From: Selaginella moellendorffii
Taxonomy: Eukaryota; Plantae; Lycopodiophyta
Direction of reading: 5' to 3'
NCBI RefSeq assembly: GCF_000143415.4
Contig: NW_003314261.1
Span: 1-64,000 of the forward strand
DNA: 64,000 nt
Position numbers and translations under genes: made by a program. Below are positions 1 to 9,382 of the stretch, piece by piece. How positions within the stretch are numbered: position 1 is the stretch's first letter; each line of letters starts with the position of its first letter. The notes beneath the pieces were generated by a model that saw only the letters and a program-made list of their open reading frames with translations, made no database searches and was not told where the DNA came from.

Positions 1-127
1 AAACGCGTTAGAGGCCTAACACGAGGCAGCTTCATGCTGCAGGTCACTCTAGAGGACCCAGCGATCTGCTCTCCTCCAGGCGAGCTGCTGAGGTGAGTGA
101 AGCATCTCTAGATCTTCCTCCCAGGAT

Positions 128-3100
128 GTGTACAAGCTCAGTACGCGGGGAGGAGCTACGACGGTGCCCGATGTGAGTAGGGTTTCGTCGCACAGAGCGT
201 CTCCCAATTTGTACGACTTCACTGGTTTTCAACGGAAGGATCACACGCAGGAAGACAGGAAAGGGTTTAGGAAGGTGCATTGTTGTGGAGATTCGAAAGC
301 GGCGGACATTGCAGAGATTGTGAATGACAGGCTACAGGCTTGTGCTGCGGTCAGAACTCCCAGAGTTCCTGGTGATGATCTTAGACGGGGAAGAACAGGG
401 GAGGAGGAAGCAGCTCCGATCAGTGATACATTCTGCAAGAAAGGCTTGCTTATGAAAGTTCCGGATTATCTCACCAAGCTTGCAGGGGCATCGAGGGGTG
501 GTGACGAGCTGTTCCTCACTTACGACCTCCAGACTGTGTTTTTGATACTAAGAAGAAGAACACCAAAAAGAACAAGGCAGGGACTGTGGCGTCTGTGACT
601 GTTCCGATCAGTGCTAAACAGTGGCTGCTTCAGGCGATTGGGCTGAAAGACGATGAAATCCGCGAAATGTTTGCGCAGGTACTTGTGTTTTTTGATTTCT
701 TTTTCTCGTCTGAAGGCATGAATGTTTCTGGCAGATGGAATCAAATCCTCAACTCGCAGCTGAGCATGTACGTGAGGTGAAGAGTGAATGGGAAGCCATG
801 GAAGCTAGAGTGAACAGAGTTCCCCCGCAAGCAGATTTTCTTGTCAAGGACCGGGCGTTGCTAGAGAAAGTAAGGGAGCTGATTGTCCGATTTATCGAAT
901 GCACAAATCCAGAGAAGTTCCAGTCTGCTGAGCCACTCAAGAATGCGGACGAGAACACTGTCAAGCTGCAATCTAAAGCCTCGAGTCCGGATGATCTGAG
1001 CAACAAAGCAGAAAACCTTCATCCTGAGTCGAATGCTGCTTCCAGATTACAACCTGAAACTCCTTGTCCAATGCCTTCCTGTGAAAACTCCGGTCAAGTG
1101 AAAGATGCAGTACCACCAGATGAGAAGCAGACTCTTCCTTCGTTTATTCCCATGGAGGACTATGTTGTCAACAAGTACGTTGTCCAGGTACGCATTGTCA
1201 ATAAGCAGGATTTTTTTGTAATCTGCAATAACGATTTGATGTATGTGGCAGCCAGAACTCTTAGGCAAACCTGAGTGCAAGTTCGCATATAGTCCGTATG
1301 ATAAACGATGGTATACAGTTGTTTTTCCTGCTCTTCAGGTACTTTTACTTATTATATTTTTTTTCGACTCTTTTTTTAATGTTTTTGAAGTGCAGCCAGG
1401 TAAAAGAGAGGATGTTCAGCTGCTTGGAGAGTGGCTGCAGCATGCGATGCGCAAGAATCGTTGTGAGAAAGTTGATGGACGGTTCGAAAATGTTGAAGCG
1501 GCCTTTGTTCTTCACTCGATTGCTTTCTTAGAGATTGTTCGTCAGGTGAAAAAACTTACCTGTTTATTTTTTTTGTTCTGTTCTAGAGCTTCTCTTGTTA
1601 AGTGATGCCCTTCAGGTTACATCGACAGGTTGATATTCATTGCGAAGAACGAGGAAATCTCCTGTTGCATGTGTGGAGACAGCTTCTTCGCATCTTTAAC
1701 CAGGTATCATCTCATTTGTTTTGAGAAAGCGTGAGTGAGGTTTGATTTGTTCTTCAGGTGCTTGTGCGGGCTGAACCGAAGCTTAAGGCCACCGAAGAAG
1801 AAACCAAACGTCTTAGAAATGAGCTGGAGATGACAAAGGATCAACTGTTCAGGATGGTATCGGATCATGACTTCTACAAAGAACAGTATGACGTTATAAT
1901 AGCGAAGCTGAAGGAAAGGGACCATCAAATGAAGCTGATCAGGAGATGCCGGTTGTGTCGCACTGACAACATGAGTCCCAGATCCCGGGAGGAGTATCTC
2001 TTTGACCTGAAGAAGCGATCGATATCTTTCAGATATACTCACTCCACCGATTTTTCAACTCCCACTCCAACGGAAGAGGAGCTCAAGAAACAGGAGGAAG
2101 AACGTCTGAAACAAGAGGAGTTGAAGAAGCAAGAGGAAGAACGTAAGAAGCTGGAGGAAGCTGGTCAGGTTGAAGGGGCCACTACAGAAGAGCAGCCACT
2201 CGAAGAGTTATCTTTCGAAGAACCATCTATTGAAGATCCAACAATCGAGGAAACGCCTGTGGAATCGGCAGAAGAAAAAGGACCTGTGCCGGTGGTGGAA
2301 TCCAAGGACGAAGCCGTTCAAACTGATCCCAGCAGAGGATTAAGAAGGTGTCAAAGTGCGCCACCAGACATTTTTCCTCCAACGAAAATCGGGGAAGCCA
2401 AGGAAAAGGTTGCTGCGGAAGGTGTTGAAACTGCTGAAGGTGCTCCGGGAGAAGCTGCGGAAGCTGAGTGTAAAGCAACGACAGGATTGAGCGGAACTCC
2501 ACAAACCGAACTGTCTGCCGAGGATTTGAAGGATTTGGCTGGAGGATGGGTTGATCCTGATATTGCAGGCAAGAAGAAAGATGAAAGCGTGGAACGCTTG
2601 AAAGAATACGAGACTCTTGCAGCGGATACAATAAGTTTGCTCGACAGGCTTCCCATGGAAGGTGCATTGGCAGAAAAGATTGAGAATCTCCTGAAGAAGT
2701 ATTGCGAGATGACGGGAACTGTTCTTGAAGAGAAAGTGCGAGAGAAGTTCATGATGCGATCCAAAAGCATGATGAAGCGGGCTTCTGTTGCGCCAGACGG
2801 TGCAGGTCCCAAAGTATCGTTTATGGAAGGCAGGCACAGCGAAATGAGGAAGAGCAGGAGGTCGAAAGGAAGCAAAGCAGGACTTCAGCTGAAATCTTAC
2901 GTGCCTCTTGGATTTTCGAAGATGATGAAGATTTATAATCCGCCGAAAACTGTGAAGTTCTTCAACGTTCGTCAAGTAAGTAACTTCTTTATTCTGCTTG
3001 ATTTAGAAAAACTTGTTTGAATGTTCAGCTATCGAAGCTCATCGCCTCAGTCCTCTTGAACAAGATTGTAGCGGATTCAGTTGATGATTCCTGCAACAAT

Positions 3101-4667
3101 GAACGTCAAACGTGTTGCGAGTTCGTTTATGACTTCATGCTCAATCAGTATGGACTGAAAGGTCTCAGCGAATCTGCAATCTTCGGCACCTTCAAAACTA
3201 TCAAAAACGCTGATGGCGAACAAGGAAATAGAGAAGCATCATAAAGTAAGACCTTGTTTTTTTTTTGTTTTTTCCAATTTTTGTTGTGATTTTGTGTACT
3301 TACGACTCTGAAATTCCAACAGGTGAGGCTGTTCAGCCGGTTTGTTGGGATGGATGAAAACAACAACTACAGCGAACCGGATCTGTACCTCTACTTGAAG
3401 ATTCTGCAGAAAGCATCAAGCAAAGTCGGAGTGCTTCTACCATCCGACCAAGACGACGGTCTGTTTTATCTGAACGCGTCGCAGTACGCTTTCATTGCAG
3501 ATGAGCCAAATCTAGTTTCCTACTTTGGAAATCAGGCCGCGGCATTGTCGTTTGTGGAGAAGTACGTTGCCAAAAACGCAGTGACCGAGCGTGCATCACC
3601 GGAGGTAAAACTAAACGATCAGTAACATTCTTGTGCTTACGGTTCTAAGATATTGTGCGCAGATCAGGAAGCTTGTGAAAGAAAGTGAGGTTAGGAAAGT
3701 GGATTGGGATTTGCTTCTGGAGGCCATACTCGCTGTGTATCCCCATAAAATGGTACTGTTTTTGAAGTTTTTGTGATTTTTTATTTGAAGTCTCTAAACG
3801 AGTTGGTTGTTGATTCAGGACACAATTGCAGAAGAACGAAGGAAGAGCATTCAAGTGAGCAAACCAGTTCCAAAAGACAAGGTAACAAACATCATGTTCT
3901 TACTTCTCAAGACGAGCGTGCGCGATTCTATGCATGCATGCAGGCAACGGAGCTGGAAAATCTGTTTATTGCTGGAGATGCAAATCAAGATGGAGTTTTG
4001 ACGTTTAGCGAGTTTCGTGAGATTGTTACAACAGCTGATTCGTCAATCTCGGCACAGAGCGCAATCCGGATGTTCAGAGAGACGCTGCTGATGATGCCCG
4101 ACGGAGGAGACAGTATCAGTCCTCAAGCTTTTGCTCAGATTGCTTACAACCATGGCATCGATGCTCCTTCCAGCACTGTCTTTGATCTGCTCAAGAAAAC
4201 ATGGACACAGGTACGTTTGCTGGTTTTCTGTTTTCAGTTGAAAAACTCGGCATGAAACAAACAAATAGGTGCAAGATGATATTGATCCGGAGAAAGTGAA
4301 TGCGAACAAGGACGACTATGAATTCTCCAAAGAGGTTCTGCAGGATTTGATGCAGCAGAAAGTGGACGTGAACTCGACGGTGCAGACATTCAGGCAATTC
4401 GTGCTGCGATTCTGTGCACAGGACGAGGAAGAAGAACCGGCGGCTTCACAGGAGGATCAAGAGCACGATGAGATCGAATCCGAACTCAAACTTACACCGC
4501 TTCATGAGGAAACAAATGGGGAATCATCATCATCTTCGGCCGCAGCAGCAGCAGCAGAGGATGACGATCCAACAAAGCTTATCTCAGAAGATCAAGAACA
4601 AGAACAGCAGCAGCAGCAGGACGATCAACAAGAACAGCAACAAGAGAGTGATGATCCGGGAAATTAG
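128..4667 (+). CDS. Multi-exon gene for an axonemal dynein light chain-domain (AXDND1-like) coiled-coil protein with C-terminal EF-hand; 5' end uncertain
   Basis: Spliced exons give VFPALQ-PGKREDVQLLGEWL...HSIAFLEIVRQ-VDIHCEERGNLLLHVW (Ax_dynein_light-like signature), a long acidic/coiled-coil exon (1758-~2975), KIVADSVDD...EFVYDFMLNQYGL...VRLFSRFVG, and EF-hand DANQDGVLTFSEF. Canonical GT-AG introns; stop TAG at 4665-4667. Apparent +1 frameshift in the A5 run at 3203-3207. Confidence 0.75.
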
Positions 4668-5073
4668 TTCAATTATGAACTCACAACTTCGACACTTGTG
4701 ATGAAGGAAAAAGGCAGCACGAGCTTTGTTCTTTCCCACACATCTCCGTTAACCGAACTTCGGTGGTCAACGACCAGGGATTGACCGGAGGCCGCTGACC
4801 TTTGATGACCTGTACTCCTCGTTTGTCGCGTGGGATCCATCGCAGCCACTGCGGGCGCGCCACATAGGCGTTCAAAACTGCGGAGCGCTTGGTAGGTGTG
4901 ATCGACGCCCAGCCGCGTGGACTGGTTGCTTCCTTAGACCCTTTGTTTGTTGTCGCCGAATTAAATGGGGACTTTTTCCAGTTTGATCAGTTGTTCCTGA
5001 TTCTTCAGCTGGTCAAATTTCTAGGTTTAGGAATCCTTTCAAGTTTGGATCGATCGACTGAGCGAGAGGAGTA

Positions 5074-8000
5074 ATGGGGCAGATTGGCGGTGGATCCATG
5101 GAATCGTCGAGCGTAGATTTGGTGCTTGCGATTCTGGGCATCAAGGGAATGGCTTCCGCGACTATTCCCCCGTATCTGTTCCTCCTCGGTCTGGCGCTGA
5201 TCTTTGCGTCTGCGGCGCTGTTCTTGTGGAGACGAGCTGATTCGTCGAAGCGGGAGAGTGAGCCAGTCAAAGTGGTGAAGCCGGTTGTGGAGATTGAGGA
5301 GGAGGGCGATGAGCTTGACGGATTTAGCAACAAGGTTACTGTTTTCTTTGGGACGCAAACCGGGACGGCTGAAGGATTTGCAAAGGTGAGTCGTTCTTCA
5401 TTCTCAACAGCACAGCTCAAGGTTTCCACTTTTTAGGCTTTGGCAGAAGAAGCCAAATCTCGCTATGAGAAGGTTTTGTTCAAAATCGTGGATTTGGTAA
5501 GTCGGTGCTGCTTGCTTGTGATCAAAAAGTGTTCGTTTGTTGAATTTTGTGCGTTTTTCTTCAGGACAATTACGCAGCGGATGATGAGACATATCAACTG
5601 AAGCTGAAAAAGGAGAATTTTGCCATTTTTATGCTTGCAACGTGAGTGCATCGATTCAACGTCGTTGAACTGAGGTTTTTTGTTTTCTGATGCAGATACG
5701 GTGATGGAGAACCCACTGATAATGCAGCAAGGTTCTACAAATTTCTCACAGAGGTCAGTCGCTTGGTTTTTTTTCTCGAGTTCGTCAGGAATTAACGATT
5801 GGCTCATGACAGGGAGGTGAGGAAAGAGGATCATGGCTCTCGGAGATGACTTATGGCATCTTTGGTCTTGGTAACCGTCAATACGAGCATTTCAACAAGG
5901 TTTCTCCATCTTCGTTTCTTCTGTTTGTGAACTCATCTGGATTTTTTTGTAGGTTGCCATGGTTGTCGATGAAGAACTCGAGAAGCAAGGTCAGTGTTTA
6001 ATCAATTCCTGCAATGTATAGAGTTGTGTGATATGTTTCGTCGTGCAGGCGCTAAGAGATTAGTTCCTTGTGGAGCGGGTGACGATGATCAATGCATTGA
6101 AGATGATTTTACTGCCTGGTACTCTGATGATCTCTTTGTTTCTTTAGCCCACAAGCGATTTGATTGATTCACGCAGGCGTGAGCAGCTGTGGCCAGAGCT
6201 TGATACTCTACTGCGGAACGAGGACGATGTTGTCCTGGCTTCAACTCCTTACACGGCTGCTGTGAGCGAATACAGAGTTGTTTTTCATGAAAATCCAGTT
6301 AAACTTCTTGAGGGGAGCTTCTCGGCAACGATGGAAAATGGTGGTTCTGTTGTCGTTGACATGAACCATCCTTGTCGGTAACATATCAGTGTCATTTCTT
6401 GTCAGTTCGCTCACGTTTTTGTTTTTGTCACCAGGGCGATCGTTGCTGTTCAAAGAGAGCTACACACTCCGTTGTCCGATCGTTCTTGTACTCATCTGGA
6501 GTTCGACGTTGCGGGCACAGGCCTCAGGTAAGCGTGACGAGTTTCACTTTTGATATTCAGAACCTCTTTTTGTTTTTTTGTGTAGTTATGAGACAGGAGA
6601 TCATGTTGGAGTTTATGCGGAGAACTGTCACGATGTTGTAGAAGAAGCTGCACAGCTTTTGGGCCATTCCCTTGATACGGTTTTTTCTTTACACATTGAA
6701 TCGGAAGATGGATCTTCTTTGGCCGGAAATCTTCTGCCACCGTTTCCAACTCCGTGCACTTTGAGAACGGCCTTGGCTCGTTATGCAGATCTGCAAACAC
6801 CTCCTCGCAAAGTAAGCTTTTTACATTTCCTCCAGGACTGCAGAAATTAAATTCTTTGTTTCTTCTGATCTACAGGCTGTGCTTGGTGTGCTTGCCGCTT
6901 ATGCATCTGATCCTGCCCAAGCAGAACGTCTGAAGCATCTTGCTTCACCTCAAGGAAAGGTAATAAGTCGTCGTGCATTGGTTATATATTGATGTGTCTG
7001 ACTAAGTCTGCAAAAACAGGATGAGTATTCCCCAATACATTGCAACTTCTCAAAGAACTCTTTTAGAAGTGATGGAAGACTTCCCGTCCGTTAAAGTTCC
7101 ACTCGGTGTCTTCTTCGCCTCGGTTTCCCCTCGTTTACTACCCAGATATTATTCCATTTCATCATCTCCAAAGTACGTTGCTTCCAGATGATGTTTTAGT
7201 AAACGATTGTTCTGATGTTCTGCGTGCTTGCAGGTTTTCTCCCACACGAATTCATGTAACTTGCTCTTTGGTTTATGGCCCGAGTCTGACCGGCCGCATT
7301 TTCAAAGGAGTTTGTTCGACATGGATGAAGGTTAGAACTTGCTTTCGCCTGATCATGACTTGAGCTCTGATTTGTTTTCTTCACTATGCAGAATGCACGA
7401 TCAGCTGAAGAAGCCGGTGATGAGTGTAGTTGGGCACCCATATTTGTTCGTCAGTCGAATTTTAAGCTTCCTGCAAATTCAACTACACCTATTGTAATGA
7501 TAGGACCTGGCACAGGATTGGCGCCATTCAGAGGATTTCTGCAGGTATTTCAGCTCACATTCAATCTGCCAAAACAAAATCAAATTCCTCTATTTTTCTT
7601 CCAGGAAAGAGCTGCTCTGCAAGCTTCTGGAGAAACTCTTGGGCCGGCGGTTCTCTTCTTTGGTTGTCGGAATCGCAAGCAGGTCTGGATCTTTTTTTTG
7701 TGTATGTTTTAGTTGCTTACTCAATATGGTAAACGAACGCTCAGGACTTCATATACGAGGAGGAGCTGAAGGAGTATGTCAAGAAAGAAACCTTGAGCAG
7801 CTTGTACGTTGCATTTTCCCGAGAAGGCTCCACCAAGGAATACGTTCAGAACAAGATGATGGAGAAGGTTTGATCGATTGCTGCTTGTTCTGTGGTGTAA
7901 CTCGTTTGCAACGCAGGCTGTGGATATGTGGAAGCTCATTTCAGATGGAGCTTATTTATACGTTTGCGGTGATGCTAAAGGCATGGCTCGGGATGTTCAT

Positions 8001-8170
8001 CGGACTTTGCACACGATTGTGAAACAAGAGGTTCGTTCGTAGTCAGATGAATCAATCAGACACAGAATGCGAGACTCAAATTTCGGTTGTTGCAGGGAAA
8101 TGTTTCGGAGCCGGAAGCTTTTGTAAAGCAACTTCAGAACGATGGTCGATATTTGAGAGACGTGTGGTGA
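5074..8170 (+). CDS. CPR: NADPH-cytochrome P450 reductase (multi-exon)
   Basis: N-terminal membrane anchor, FMN-binding [82 protein letters not shown], and C-terminal GRYLRDVW-stop (TGA 8168-8170). One extra C at 7030-7033 shifts the frame. Confidence 0.97.
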
Positions 8171-8353
8171 CTCCAGACAGTGCCAAATGGACCTTTGGAG
8201 CGCTTGTAAAGAGCGGGATATCAATCAGTCGGTCAGTCGGTCAGTCAGAGGCAAGACTAGATTTTTGTAGATCAGCGTAACCATTTATTCCAGAAGATTT
8301 TCGAAGAAATCCTCTGATTCTGTGATACATAAAATTCAGCATTCGATTGGTTC

Positions 8354-8898
8354 TCAGCCCACTCGAAACGAGTCTTGAATCCTTCGAAGTACCGGCGCAT
8401 GTTTTCGCCACTGCAGTCCTGCAACCAGGAAATCATCTCACAAACTTATCGAATCGGAATTTACGAAGATCTCACCATTTGCATTGACGGACATGAGGTA
8501 AAGCCTGTTCCCAGCAGCAGTCGCAGTGATGAGTATGTGCGGCTCAACTTCGTATTGATAGTAAGTTCTTCCTTCGTATTTCTTCACCTCCATATCTTTG
8601 ACAGCCCCTTCAACGTTTTTGCCTGTGATTTCCGGCCCAAATGCATAGATCACCTTGTCAGGCGCGCCGATCTCTTCAATCGTCGCATTATCAGCAATTG
8701 CTAGATCATATACAAAAAAATATTTAAAAATGCATGGTAATAAATTTTAAAAAAACTTTAAAAGAAAGAAAAAGAAACCGACTTACTGTCTGAAAATCGC
8801 TTCACTGGAGCAACAACTATAGCGATATTCCCTTCTTCAGTGCTTGAAAATCTGAGGTCAATCTCCGTTCCACCCAAATCAGCAATGGAAACTGGAAC
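8354..8898 (-). pseudogene. PPD4: PsbP domain-containing protein 4 (thylakoid lumen), last three exons only; 5' exons not found in the window
   Basis: Exons encode VPVSIADLGGTEIDLRFSSTEEGNIAIVVAPVKRFSD / ...IYAFGPEITGKNVEG...YYQYEVEPHILITATAAGNRLYLMSVNANG / LQWRKHAPVLRRIQDSFRVG-stop, matching the C-terminal half of plant PPD4. Retroelement sequence lies directly upstream of the acceptor at 8899-8900. Confidence 0.85.
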
Positions 8899-8900
8899 CT

Positions 8901-9329
8901 GCGAACAACTACGCCAAGGTTTTTGTCGGCTGGTTTAATCACAATACTATGATCGTGTCGCAGCGCAAGGACTGCATCACGTCTCCATCCTCTTAGAAAA
9001 GATCGAGGTCTTTTACAACAGGAAAGACGTTGGAGAAGGTGCTCTCGAATGCGGGCAACTCGTGACTCCATGTGCCAGGAAGCAGGGGGAGGATCAAAGT
9101 TTGGGTTGGGAACCCGAAACTCTGGTATAAGACTGTTGCTGTCCTTAAACGAATGACGAAGACGGACTGAGCGTTGAAAGTCATCTAAGCATTCCATAAT
9201 CTTTTTGGCCGTGAGAGGCACTGGATTAGGAATGAATGAGAGCCCAAGAGCAAGGAGGCCCTTTTCAGCGGCACTCAACATGCGAGAAGACAAATTGTGA
9301 ACAGCACCAATCTCCACTCTATTTTCTAG
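8901..9329 (-). pseudogene. PLE reverse transcriptase, N-terminal fragment only (ends just after KPADK)
   Basis: NLS...LL.LGL.F.P and IVIKPADKNLGVVV motifs; the frame then runs into the PPD4 exon. Confidence 0.75.
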
Positions 9330-9382
9330 CTGGGAAACTTTTTGATTGCCGGCAAAATGAAGTAAAGCTTCATGCGGGGCAA

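Noticed and set aside
749-2975. Antisense ORFs over the first gene (and similar shadows over CPR, copia and the Sola-like ORF)
   Set aside because: Shadow frames of genuine coding sequence on the opposite strand.
4889-5076. ORF ending in a TAATG overlap with the CPR start (possible uORF)
   Set aside because: Starts at a non-ATG codon; no recognisable conservation.
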